NCBI GenBank assembly: GCA_045646945.1
Contig: JAZRLS010000005.1
Location: forward strand, 11,857-75,856
Length of the DNA stretch: 64,000 bases
Direction of reading: 5' to 3'
Source of the DNA: Eubacteriales bacterium
GTDB lineage: Bacteria; Bacillota; Clostridia; Oscillospirales; CAG-272
The position numbers were made by a program, and so were the translations under genes. Numbering within the stretch: position 1 is the first letter of the stretch; each line of letters opens with the position of its first letter. Shown here piece by piece: positions 55,994 to 64,000 of this stretch. Under the pieces are notes generated by a model, which worked only from the letters and a program-made list of their open reading frames with translations, ran no database searches and had not been told where the DNA came from.

Positions 55994-56028
55994 AAAAGAG
56001 AGCAGAGATATGCCTGCTCTCTTTTTTG
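55994..56028 (+). terminator. intrinsic terminator (AGAGAGCAG-stem module)
   Basis: AAAAGAGAGCAG-AGATATGC-CTGCTCTCTTTT followed by TTG. Confidence 0.85.
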
Positions 56029-56147
56029 TCGAAACTTGAAAAAGCCATCGTTTTTTTGTTGATTTATTTTTTATATTGTGTTATAATGAGAATAGTTCTG
56101 ATGACCTACAGTGATCATAAAGATTTTTGAACGATGGAGGAAATGCA

Positions 56148-57512
56148 ATGAATTATGACGTAATTATTATCGGTGCGGGACCTGGTGGAATTTTTGCGGC
56201 ATATGAGCTGATGCAGAGAAAGCCCGAGCTCAGAGTGGCGGTATTCGAGGCGGGACATATGTTGAATCAGCGTCGCTGTCCGATCGACGGCAATAAAATC
56301 AAAACTTGCATTGGCTGCAAGAGCTGTTCGATTATGAGTGGCTTTGGCGGCGCGGGTGCTTTCTCTGACGGTAAATATAATATTACGAACGATTTTGGAG
56401 GCGTTTTATACGAATATCTCGGAAAACAGCGTGCTTTGGATCTGATGCACTACGTAGATAAAATCAATATGAACTACGGCGGTGACGGTTGCAAGCTTTA
56501 CAGTACTTCGGGATCTCGTTTCAAGACCGTTTGTATTCAAAACGATTTGCATCTTTTGGATGCTTCCGTACGTCATTTGGGCACCGACATCAACTACGTT
56601 GTTCTCGAAAATCTCTACAATTTCCTGAAAGGCAAAGTGGATTTTTTCTTCGACACGTTTGTTGAAACCATTAAGATTATTCCCGGTGGTTATTCGGTGA
56701 AGTGCAAGGATGCTTCGTATTCCTGTGAAAAATGTATCGTTTCGGTTGGCAGAAGCGGTAGTAAGTGGATGGAGCAGGTTTGCCGGGAACTGGATATTCC
56801 TACCAAGTCGAACCGCGTGGATCTTGGTGTTCGCGTGGAGCTTCCCGCGTCTGTTTTTGCTCATCTGACCGACGAGCTGTATGAAAGTAAAATCGTTTAC
56901 CGTACTGAAAAATATGGAGACAAGGTTCGTACCTTCTGTATGAATCCCAAGGGGGCTGTTGTCAATGAGAACACCAACGGAATTATTACGGTGAACGGTC
57001 ATAGCTATGAGGATCCTGCCAAGCAGACCGAAAATACCAACTTTGCTTTGCTGGTGTCTCAGCATTTTTCCGAGCCGTTCAAGGATTCCAACGGATACGG
57101 AGAATCGATTGCAAGACTCAGCAATATGCTTGGCGGCGGTGTCATTGTTCAGCGCTTCGGTGATTTGATCCGCGGACGCCGTTCGACCCCCGGCCGTATC
57201 GAAGGGGCATTTATTACGCCGACGTTGCAGGCGACGCCGGGAGATCTTAGCTTGGTTCTTCCAAAACGTATTTTGGACGGTATTATTGAAATGATCTACG
57301 CCTTGGATAAGGTGGCACCCGGTACAGCCAACGAAGATACGCTGCTTTACGGGGTGGAGGTGAAATTCTATAATATGGAAGTGGAAGTGAACGAGCGTTT
57401 GGAAAGCTGTTATCCCGGACTTTACATGATTGGAGACGGTAGCGGTATTACGCATTCGCTCTCCCACGCGTCCGCAAGCGGAGTTCACGTGGCAAGAAAC
57501 ATCACAGAATAA
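56148..57512 (+). CDS. FAD-dependent oxidoreductase (NAD(FAD)-utilising dehydrogenase family)
   Basis: MNYDVIIIGAGPGGIFAAYEL is a dinucleotide-binding motif. 454 aa. C-terminal ..GLYMIGDGSGITHS.. block. Confidence 0.75.
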   Translation: MNYDVIIIGAGPGGIFAAYELMQRKPELRVAVFEAGHMLNQRRCPIDGNKIKTCIGCKSCSIMSGFGGAGAFSDGKYNITNDFGGVLYEYLGKQRALDLMHYVDKINMNYGGDGCKLYSTSGSRFKTVCIQNDLHLLDASVRHLGTDINYVVLENLYNFLKGKVDFFFDTFVETIKIIPGGYSVKCKDASYSCEKCIVSVGRSGSKWMEQVCRELDIPTKSNRVDLGVRVELPASVFAHLTDELYESKIVYRTEKYGDKVRTFCMNPKGAVVNENTNGIITVNGHSYEDPAKQTENTNFALLVSQHFSEPFKDSNGYGESIARLSNMLGGGVIVQRFGDLIRGRRSTPGRIEGAFITPTLQATPGDLSLVLPKRILDGIIEMIYALDKVAPGTANEDTLLYGVEVKFYNMEVEVNERLESCYPGLYMIGDGSGITHSLSHASASGVHVARNITE

Positions 57513-57536
57513 ATCTTTGATCAGGAGAATACGGAT

Positions 57537-58127
57537 ATGAATTTTTTGGAAGAAAGAGTCCTCAGGGACGGAGTAGTGAAATCGGGAAACGTATTGAAGG
57601 TTGACAGTTTTCTGAATCATCAGATGGATATTACGTTAATGGAGGAAATCGGTCGCGAATTCAAACGAAGATTTGCTGACAAACCCATTTCCAAGATTCT
57701 TACGATCGAAGCATCGGGCATTGGTATCGCCGCGTTTGTTGCGAGGGAATTCGGTGTTCCTATGGTTTTCGCAAAAAAATCTAAGTCTATTAACGTCGAC
57801 GGAGAAATGTACGTCGCCGAGGTAGTTTCCTTTACGCACAAGAATACCAATCAAATTATCGTTTCCAAACGATTTTTGCAGAAAGGGGAGCACGTTTTAA
57901 TTATTGACGACTTCCTTGCGAACGGTTGTGCATTACAGGGACTGATCTCTATTGTAGAAACGGCGGGAGCTATTGTGGACGGCTGTGGAATTGTGATCGA
58001 AAAAGGATTCCAATATGGCGGCCGTGCCATCAGAAATATGGGATATCGTGTGGAGTCCTTGGCAATCGTGGACGCGATGGATTTCGAAACAGGTACGATT
58101 ACCTTGAGAGAGCAGGGAAATTGTTAA
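57537..58127 (+). CDS. xpt: xanthine phosphoribosyltransferase
   Basis: MNFLEERVLRDGVVKSGNVLKVDSFLNHQMD.. and the PRPP-binding motif VLIIDDFLANG. Confidence 0.9.
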   Translation: MNFLEERVLRDGVVKSGNVLKVDSFLNHQMDITLMEEIGREFKRRFADKPISKILTIEASGIGIAAFVAREFGVPMVFAKKSKSINVDGEMYVAEVVSFTHKNTNQIIVSKRFLQKGEHVLIIDDFLANGCALQGLISIVETAGAIVDGCGIVIEKGFQYGGRAIRNMGYRVESLAIVDAMDFETGTITLREQGNC

Positions 58128-58156
58128 AGATTGAGCGTAGCACCCTCATACAGAAA

Positions 58157-58194
58157 CCCCTCGAAACGATCGAATTTACGATCGTTTCGAGGGG
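58157..58194. terminator. 16-bp perfect hairpin between convergent xpt and the hypothetical gene
   Basis: CCCCTCGAAACGATCG / CGATCGTTTCGAGGGG. T-runs on both sides are modest. Confidence 0.65.
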
Positions 58195-58207
58195 ATATTC
58201 TTTGTTG

Positions 58208-59599
58208 CTACGAGGTAGACTGTTTGGGAGAGCTTCTGGGAGTGAATTCACTCTCCTTCGTTGCTTCTTTCACAGGTGCATTCACAGTGAATTGCTGGGT
58301 CATTTCGAGGGCGGAGGTATTGAGATACAGAATCTTCTCCACGACGCTTCCGTCTGTCTCGGTCACGTCTACCACATCAAAATAGATTCCGGCGGAAGCA
58401 GTACCGTTATGCGCACCGCTGATCATAAATCGGGATTTGCGCTGTACCATCTGAGACCAATAATCTTTCGTTGCGTCGGGGGCATCGAAGCTTTTGACAA
58501 AATCGATTTTTTCAAGAATTCGGTAGGGAAGATTATCAGGCGCGTTTCCTTCGGGAATATTTCCTTGGGTTCTGTCGGTTCCTGCTAACTTCAAATATAT
58601 AAATCCTGCCGGGGCGGGTTTTTCAATTCCGTCGGTTGCTGTGGATCGTCCGATGGCGTATTCATATCCGGGAATGACACCCTCTTGATCGCTTCCTGCC
58701 GTCAGCTCCGAAAGATCAATCTTCAACGTAAAGCACAGGATCGCGCCGTTGGCAAAAGAAGATCCGGCACTCGCTGATTTTTCCATATTCAATACGATTT
58801 CTTGCAGAGAGTCGGCAAGCATAGTGCCGTCCGTTTTGCGAAGATATCGATAAATCGACATTACGTTACTGCTACCTTTATCGGGACGGAAAAATGCAAT
58901 GGCACACTCGCCCGAATTTTCGGGTTTAAACCATATCGTATTGGTAGGATAGGTTTTAAGACCCGTGAGTTTGGAAAAGAGCGGTGCACCGTCTGGGTCG
59001 ATCTTCGAAAATTTGTTTGCAACGTCGTTGCCGTCGGCATCTTTTCGGTAATAGATATTTCGGTATTCCAGATCTTTTTTATAGTTTGGGTCGGTACTAT
59101 CGTTAAAAGCAACCTCTCTTGCCGTGCTCGTATTTCCCCGAACGACGACGACGTCTTCGTCATTAAAAGCAAGCGTTTCCTTTAAAATCCAAGTATTCGA
59201 TATGGATGGTTGGTTGGAAATTTTTCCGTGTTCCAACGATCCGACAAAATATGCCGAGCCTTCGGTAGCGTTATGGATGGCAACCGTTTTGTTTGCGGTT
59301 CCGTAGTCTGTGATTTGGGTGGACGTATAGGTTCCTACGCTTTGCTCATTGGCAAGGGTGTACGTGGTTCCGGAAATGTCGGAAATCGCATAGGATGTGA
59401 CAGTTACGTGAATTTCCTCAGGATTGTTTGCCGATACGGAAATGCCGCTTGCCGACACGTTCCCGGAGGAGGCAAACCACGCGGTGCTTTTGTTCATACT
59501 TGAAAACGCTACCAAGCTTACGACAAGGAAAGTGGCGAGAACAAGGATCGAAAGTGCGCTGAGCATCAGTCGCGTAGAAACACTATTTTTGTTCTTCAA
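58208..59599 (-). CDS. hypothetical secreted or surface-anchored protein (463 aa)
   Basis: TTG start after a GGGGGG RBS. N-terminal signal anchor, followed by ..NKSTAWFASSGNVSASGISV.., reminiscent of SipW/TasA-type signal regions (weak recall). The rest is Ser/Thr/Asn/Gly-rich and predicted beta-rich, with no recognisable catalytic motif. Confidence 0.6.
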   Translation of the reverse strand: MKNKNSVSTRLMLSALSILVLATFLVVSLVAFSSMNKSTAWFASSGNVSASGISVSANNPEEIHVTVTSYAISDISGTTYTLANEQSVGTYTSTQITDYGTANKTVAIHNATEGSAYFVGSLEHGKISNQPSISNTWILKETLAFNDEDVVVVRGNTSTAREVAFNDSTDPNYKKDLEYRNIYYRKDADGNDVANKFSKIDPDGAPLFSKLTGLKTYPTNTIWFKPENSGECAIAFFRPDKGSSNVMSIYRYLRKTDGTMLADSLQEIVLNMEKSASAGSSFANGAILCFTLKIDLSELTAGSDQEGVIPGYEYAIGRSTATDGIEKPAPAGFIYLKLAGTDRTQGNIPEGNAPDNLPYRILEKIDFVKSFDAPDATKDYWSQMVQRKSRFMISGAHNGTASAGIYFDVVDVTETDGSVVEKILYLNTSALEMTQQFTVNAPVKEATKESEFTPRSSPKQSTS

Positions 59600-59780
59600 G
59601 GCCCCCCCTTTTTTTGTTTACTTGGTTTCTTTTTATAAAGATAAATATTCACTGTGATTTTTTTATCACAAAGACGAATAGTTGTCAAGACTAACACACT
59701 AAAAATATGGGCGGAGATTGCAAAAAAAAACAGACGTCAACCTTCTGTTGATTCAATTTGCCATAATTTTAAATGGAATA

Positions 59781-59825
59781 AAAAACGATGAGGCTTTTTG
59801 GGATTCCTCATCGCTTTTGTTTTTG
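59781..59825. terminator. bidirectional hairpin terminator
   Basis: CGATGAGG-12 nt-CCTCATCG, flanked by AAAAA on the left and CTTTTGTTTTT on the right. Confidence 0.65.
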
Positions 59826-59861
59826 CACGAGTTCTATGGTGTTTGTCATTTTGACTTACAT

Positions 59862-60293
59862 TTATAATTGGAAGATTTTATTTTGAATCTGACGGTGGAG
59901 GATTTCGTTTGCTTTGGTGAAATCAAAGCTGACGATGATTTTGGAGTTGGTGTTTTCGGTTACGTCAAAGATGATTTCGGATGCCCAAAGCGTGATTTTT
60001 TGCCATAGGATCATCTGACGGATTTGAAAAAGAAAGCAGGGTGCGCAAAGCGCGATGGTGGCGGTGTGTTCCTCGTGGTTCACCGCAAGTTCGAATTCGG
60101 CATCCTCGTGGGCGGCGAGTTCTTGGCAAAGTCGGGCGAGCTCTGAGAAATCGGCGGTGCTTTCCGCGGAGAATTCGGAGAAAAAGGGATGCTCGGAGAT
60201 TACTTTTTGGAGTGCGGGCTCGCTTTCCGAAGCGCGTTCTTTTGCCTCATCCATGGTGTCGGTCCAAAATTTTGCTTGATAGATCGTTTCCAT
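59862..60293 (-). CDS. hypothetical acidic cytoplasmic protein (143 aa)
   Basis: ORF with an AAGGAG RBS. No TM segment and no motif that I recognise. Confidence 0.55.
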   Translation of the reverse strand: METIYQAKFWTDTMDEAKERASESEPALQKVISEHPFFSEFSAESTADFSELARLCQELAAHEDAEFELAVNHEEHTATIALCAPCFLFQIRQMILWQKITLWASEIIFDVTENTNSKIIVSFDFTKANEILHRQIQNKIFQL

Positions 60294-60544
60294 AAAAATC
60301 TCCTTAAAATAAAAAAGTGCGCCTCAGAGAGACGCACCGAAAAATGCTTCTCTCAAATGCTGCGACACATCGTAATCTAATATTCCCCATAAAAGCGAGT
60401 ATAGAGTGAGAGAACATTTTTACACAAAATGTTGTCTCACTTTTATAGGGCAAATATTCGAATGTGTCGCAGGTACATTATACCACAATTTTTTGGGAAT
60501 GTCAATTATATTATCAATAAAATATATGGAAGAGAAAATTTCGG

Positions 60545-60620
60545 GGTCAGAACGGACGACCAAAGGTCGCCCCTACGGTTTGCGGGGGAAATATCGTTTG
60601 CGCGCCGATGGCACAAGGGA
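60545..60620. repeat. family A2 repeat copy
   Basis: GTCAGAACGGACGACCAAAGGTCGCCCCTACGGTTTGCGGGGGAAATATCG.. matches 60952-61027 and 35000-35095. Confidence 0.7.
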
Positions 60621-60712
60621 ACGAATCTCCACCAAGCCTCCCTCTCGGAGGAAGCCTTTGGCGGTGTACCGCCGTCGGTGCGGAGAACGCAGAATGTTTC
60701 GGTTTCCACCAA

Positions 60713-60840
60713 GGCTCCCTTGTGTAAAGGGAGCTCCGCCGTAGGTGGTGAGGGATTGTTCCTTTTCTTTGTTACTTTGATGGGATAACAACCCCTCCGT
60801 CACGGCGTTGCCGTGCCACCTCCCCTTACACAGGGGAGGC
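60713..60840. repeat. family B two-hairpin inverted doublet
   Basis: GGCTCCCTTGTGTAAAGGGAGCTCCGCCGTAGGTGGTGAGGGATTGT ... reverse arm GCCTCCCCTGTGTAAGGGGAGGTGGCACGGCAACGCCGTGACGGAGGGGTT. Confidence 0.75.
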
Positions 60841-60857
60841 TATGGCGATATGCGAGC

Positions 60858-60880
60858 CTTTCTGCGTCGAACGCAGAAAG
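60858..60880. repeat. 9-bp-stem palindrome
   Basis: CTTTCTGCG-TCGAA-CGCAGAAAG. Confidence 0.5.
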
Positions 60881-60900
60881 ATGCAAAATTCCAAAAAAAC

Positions 60901-60928
60901 TGTAGGGACAGGCGTCCTCGACTGTCCG
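60901..60928. repeat. solo GTAG-type unit identical to the arms of the 17869-18009 element
   Basis: TGTAGGGACAGGCGTCCTCGACTGTCCG, 28 of 28 identical. Confidence 0.8.
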
Positions 60929-60951
60929 TAGAAAACAAACAATTAGCACTC

Positions 60952-61027
60952 GGTCAGAACGGACGCCCAAAGGTCCCCCCTACGGGTTTGAGGGGGAAAT
61001 ATCGTGTCTGCGCCGAACGTACCAAGC
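60952..61027. repeat. family A2 repeat copy
   Basis: GGTCAGAACGGACGCCCAAAGGTCCCCCCTACGGGTTTGAGGGGGAAATATCG.. Confidence 0.7.
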
Positions 61028-61185
61028 AAATGTCTTCCTGTCATGGAACGAATTGTTCAAGAATGGAATTTACTTGTAAAAATGGAAGATAATGGAAAGT
61101 CGCCTCAAAAAGCGGTGGCTTTTTTTGTTTTTTTAAAAAAGCGAGGATTTTTTCAAAAAAAAATAAAAAAATTTTTACAAACCCC

Positions 61186-61214
61186 TTGACCTTTTTGGGA
61201 GAGTATTGTATAAT
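61186..61214 (+). promoter_or_regulatory. sigma-A promoter of the dcw cluster (Pmra), preceded by an A/T-rich UP-like tract
   Basis: TTGACC, 17-nt spacer, TATAAT. The region 61120-61180 is almost pure A/T. Confidence 0.65.
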
Positions 61215-61223
61215 AAGACCATC

Positions 61224-61266
61224 GTGGTGGGGCAAAATGGAGCAAAGTGTAGCGAAGTGTTGAAGA
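61224..61266 (+). promoter_or_regulatory. candidate MraZ operator: four direct repeats with exact 10-nt phasing
   Basis: TGGGGCAAAA / TGGAGCAAAG / TGTAGCGAAG / TGTTGAAGAA start at 61228, 61238, 61248 and 61258, just downstream of the -10 box. Confidence 0.55.
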
Positions 61267-61385
61267 AAAACAGCCAAAATTGCCTTTTCCCCACAAAATC
61301 ATCGAAAAAATCCAGCAAAAAAGCGATTGACATATAGAAGAAGCAAAAAATCAAGCCAAACTTGACCGAAAGGAGGACACTTGCC

Positions 61386-61808
61386 ATGCTGTCGGGTGAA
61401 TTCAGACACAGTCTTGACCCCAAAAACAGACTTTTTATCCCCTCAAAGCATCGTGATGAGCTCGGCTCGTCGTTTGTGGTAGCCAAAAGTATTCGCGAGC
61501 AGTGCCTCCGCGTGTATTCCTCCGAGGGTTGGGCAGAGTATATTCGACCGATCACCAGCCTTGACGGAAAGGATAAAGACCGTATTATCAGAGCCCTGAG
61601 CAGAAACGCCGCTCAGGTTTCTCCCGATTCGCAGGGAAGAATCGTTCTGACCCCCGATTTGATCGAGTTTGCGGGACTGGACAAAAACGCTGTGATTGTC
61701 GGTTGCGGTGACCATTCGGAGATTTGGTCCGAAGACAATTACGCGGCAATGGTAGCCGAAGAGGATCTTGGCGATATGAGAGCAATCCTCGAAAGCTACG
61801 GTCTGTAA
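61386..61808 (+). CDS. mraZ: division/cell wall cluster transcriptional repressor MraZ
   Basis: MLSGEFRHSLDPKNRLFIPSKHR... and a second ..DSQGRIVLTPDL.. half (two SpoVT/AbrB-like repeats). AAGGAGG RBS. Confidence 0.92.
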   Translation: MLSGEFRHSLDPKNRLFIPSKHRDELGSSFVVAKSIREQCLRVYSSEGWAEYIRPITSLDGKDKDRIIRALSRNAAQVSPDSQGRIVLTPDLIEFAGLDKNAVIVGCGDHSEIWSEDNYAAMVAEEDLGDMRAILESYGL

Positions 61809-61818
61809 GGATTTTGCG

Positions 61819-62781
61819 ATGGAAGAACAAAACAAACCCCAAAAGATTGAATTTTCACACCGTTCGGTGCTACTCGACGAGTGTATTGACGCATTGGCGA
61901 TTCGCCCCGACGGCATCTATCTTGACGGTACGGCGGGGGGCGGCGGACATTCTGCCGAAATTGCCCGCAATCTCGGAGACGAGGGATTGCTGATTGCTAT
62001 CGACCAGGACGAAACGGCGGTTGCCGTAGTAACGGAACGCCTTTCGTCCTTCGGCTTACGCGCGCGCGTCGTGCGTAATAATTTCTGCGAACTTTCGGAA
62101 GTTTGCAGAGAACAGGGGATTGACGAGATCGACGGACTGCTTCTCGACCTCGGCGTTTCCTCCCATCAGCTCGACACTCCCGAGCGCGGCTTTTCCTATC
62201 AGGCGGACGCACCGCTCGATATGCGAATGGACAAACGCAAGAGCCTCGATGCCTACGAGGTGGTCAACACCTACCCGCAGGAAAAGCTCAAGAAAATTCT
62301 CTTCGACTACGGTGAAGAGAGATACGCTCCCGCGATCGCGTCAGCCATCGTGAAGCAGAGAGAAAAGAAGCCGATCGAAACAACCGCGGAGCTCTCGGAG
62401 CTGATTAAGTACGCAATTCCGCCCTCGGCAAGAGAAGGCGGACATCACCCGGCAAAGAGAAGCTTTCAGGCGATCCGCATTGAGGTGAACGCCGAGCTCG
62501 ACGTGATCGAGCCTGCGATCCGTTCCGCCGTGAGCCTGCTTCGCAAGGGTGGACGCATCGCAATCATCACCTTCCATTCGCTCGAGGACCGCATCGTCAA
62601 GCAGACCTTCGCGGATCTCGCCAGCGGCTGTACCTGCCCACGCGACTTTCCGATCTGCGTATGCGGAAAGAAGCCGAGCGTCAAGGTGATCACCAAAAAG
62701 CCGATTCTTCCGTCGGCAAAAGAGCTGGAAGAAAACCCGCGCTCCCGCAGTGCAAAGCTGAGGGTTGCCGAAAAGCTTTGA
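61819..62781 (+). CDS. rsmH: 16S rRNA (cytosine1402-N4)-methyltransferase
   Basis: ..HRSVLLDECIDAL....GIYLDGTAGGGGHS.., and ..LLDLGVSSHQLD..ERGFSY are canonical RsmH/MraW motifs. Confidence 0.93.
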   Translation: MEEQNKPQKIEFSHRSVLLDECIDALAIRPDGIYLDGTAGGGGHSAEIARNLGDEGLLIAIDQDETAVAVVTERLSSFGLRARVVRNNFCELSEVCREQGIDEIDGLLLDLGVSSHQLDTPERGFSYQADAPLDMRMDKRKSLDAYEVVNTYPQEKLKKILFDYGEERYAPAIASAIVKQREKKPIETTAELSELIKYAIPPSAREGGHHPAKRSFQAIRIEVNAELDVIEPAIRSAVSLLRKGGRIAIITFHSLEDRIVKQTFADLASGCTCPRDFPICVCGKKPSVKVITKKPILPSAKELEENPRSRSAKLRVAEKL

Positions 62782-62826
62782 ACGAAATTTACGAAATTTA
62801 CGATACGAAAACATAGGAGGACGAAC

Positions 62827-63660
62827 ATGGCTGCCGAATACATGAATGATTCTTACAACCGTTGTCTGAGCGAGCTTCGCGAGCGTTATCGGGAGAGAGG
62901 CGTTTTTGTCAACGTCAAAACCGAGAATGCATTGCAGGAAGCAAGGGAAGAATCGACACGTGCCATCGCGCCCGACGCATACGTTTTGTTTGACGCTCGG
63001 AGCAAGATTGCCGACTGTTATCGCAGTGGTGAATACAACGGTTCGAAGTACATGACCTCCGACGATTTCGTTCGCTACTTTAATCACCGCCGCTCCTTCT
63101 ACGCGCCGAAGCTGCCAAAGGAAGAAAAGCCCCGCGAGGTGGTTGCTTCCGATCGCCGCCGCGCGCTGAGCCACGGACGCGAAATGAATCGCTCTGACTC
63201 CGGAAAGGAGGGCCACTTAAAAACCGCGCTGTCGGTGTTAAGAGGTCTTAAGGAAAAGTGGCTTCCGATGGAGGCTCGCGAGGGACGCGCCGAGCACGGC
63301 GTCTTCCGCATTCCCGCCGCAACGATGTCGGGGATCGCAGTCTTCGCTCTCTCCCTCGGTCTGATCGTCAGCGGTTCGGTGATGCTGGGCAACGCTGCGG
63401 GCAAGGTGGGAGAGATGAACAGCACGATTGCAACGCTCGAAGCAAAGCAGACCGAGCTGGAATCCAAGCTGGACCTGAAATACAACGCAGACGAGATCGA
63501 AGCCGAAGCAAAGAGCCTCGGTATGATCAAGCGTCAGCACGCCGACCAGGAATACATTGAGGTGGACCGAGAGGAACGCATTACGATTTATGAGGACGGG
63601 GAAGACGAGAAGGTGGGACTTGCCGCGCTTCTTTCCTCCTTCGGGATCGAGATCGATTAA
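62827..63660 (+). CDS. FtsL-like cell division protein with long N-terminal cytoplasmic extension
   Basis: Single TM (GIAVFALSLGLIVSGSVML), followed by a coiled coil (..IATLEAKQTELESKLDL..) and ..AKSLGM... Position between rsmH and the PBP gene is that of ftsL. The roughly 160-aa N-terminal part is not typical. Confidence 0.6.
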   Translation: MAAEYMNDSYNRCLSELRERYRERGVFVNVKTENALQEAREESTRAIAPDAYVLFDARSKIADCYRSGEYNGSKYMTSDDFVRYFNHRRSFYAPKLPKEEKPREVVASDRRRALSHGREMNRSDSGKEGHLKTALSVLRGLKEKWLPMEAREGRAEHGVFRIPAATMSGIAVFALSLGLIVSGSVMLGNAAGKVGEMNSTIATLEAKQTELESKLDLKYNADEIEAEAKSLGMIKRQHADQEYIEVDREERITIYEDGEDEKVGLAALLSSFGIEID

Positions 63661-63729
63661 CGAATATTTGAAAGACGCCTCTCATATAATGCCTTAGCCA
63701 CGGCAAAAAACCACGGAGAGGAGAAGGAT

Positions 63730-64000
63730 ATGGCAAAAAGACCGGAGCACCAAAGCGGTCCTGAGGAAGTGTCGCGTACGGTCAGCACCGAAGCGGTGCG
63801 CCGCTCTACTTGGCTTGGACTTTTGATCTTTTTCGTCTTTGCGGTGTTGCTTGTCCGCATTCTTCTGATTCAGACCGTGGGCTTTGAGGACTATCAGAAC
63901 AAGGTTCTCGAACAGATTACCACAGAGTCGAAGGTTCCCGCTGCGCGCGGAAAAATCTACGACAGAAACGGCAACGTGCTTGCCACCAACGTGACGACCT
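63730..64000 (+). CDS. penicillin-binding protein 2B/FtsI/SpoVD-type transpeptidase, N-terminal part (runs off the right edge)
   Basis: MAKRPEH...TWLGLLIFFVFAVLLVRILLIQTV...ARGKIYDRNGNVLATN is the typical class B PBP N-terminus. dcw cluster position. Confidence 0.85.
   Translation, partial: MAKRPEHQSGPEEVSRTVSTEAVRRSTWLGLLIFFVFAVLLVRILLIQTVGFEDYQNKVLEQITTESKVPAARGKIYDRNGNVLATNVTT

Noticed and set aside
55984-57536. Purine riboswitch upstream of xpt.
   Set aside because: xpt follows the FAD oxidoreductase gene by 24 nt. The leader upstream of that gene (about 56100-56147) is too short and lacks the purine-aptamer three-way junction sequence.
60540-61030. CRISPR array, suggested by the recurring GC-rich palindromes.
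   Set aside because: The repeats belong to several different families, occur in both orientations, have irregular spacing and are dispersed across the window. There are no cas genes.

Overview
64-kb chromosomal window from a moderately GC-rich, spore-forming Firmicute. Gene content and repeat style suggest Clostridia, possibly Oscillospiraceae/Ruminococcaceae-like, but that is inference only. I call about 62 protein genes. I found no rRNA, tRNA or CRISPR array, and no recombinase, phage or recognisable defence genes. Gene order, left to right: (1) two AraC regulators and a tight 6-gene oxidoreductase / type I dehydroquinase-like operon; (2) a diverged spoIVB 3' fragment, then an AT-rich 3.9-kb cargo segment bounded by inverted repeats (DMT permease, 638-aa unassignable protein, PocR-AraC), then intact spoIVB; (3) MarR plus a heterodimeric ABC exporter plus a nuclease-fold gene; (4) housekeeping and envelope genes: argS, yebC, a flippase, rplS, lipoproteins, PiT/DUF47, a GT8/acyltransferase glycolipid trio, ligA, an amidase, rsmI, asd; (5) a SLOG-family gene, oadB/oadG, and a Fur/PerR-type regulator with reverse rubrerythrin, ferritin and rubredoxin; (6) a complete glucuronide utilisation locus (GH2, GPH symporter, AraC, uxaC, uxuA, SDR reductase, eda, kdgK); (7) a second sugar-acid cluster (AraC, MBL hydrolase, cytoplasmic GH16, DgoD-like dehydratase, clan GH-A hydrolase, SDR, SGNH), an FAD oxidoreductase and xpt; (8) two orphan hypothetical genes; (9) the start of the dcw cluster (mraZ, rsmH, ftsL-like, PBP). 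I see no obvious new multi-gene system. The least ordinary signals are: (a) the spoIVB duplication and island junction; (b) two structured 5' leaders with terminator/antiterminator logic, upstream of the SLOG gene and of oadB; (c) several families of GTAG-type REPIN-like and two-hairpin palindromic repeats with compensatory stem changes, concentrated in a 1.1-kb gene-free hub upstream of mraZ. All coordinates of non-coding features were indexed by hand and may be off by a few nt.
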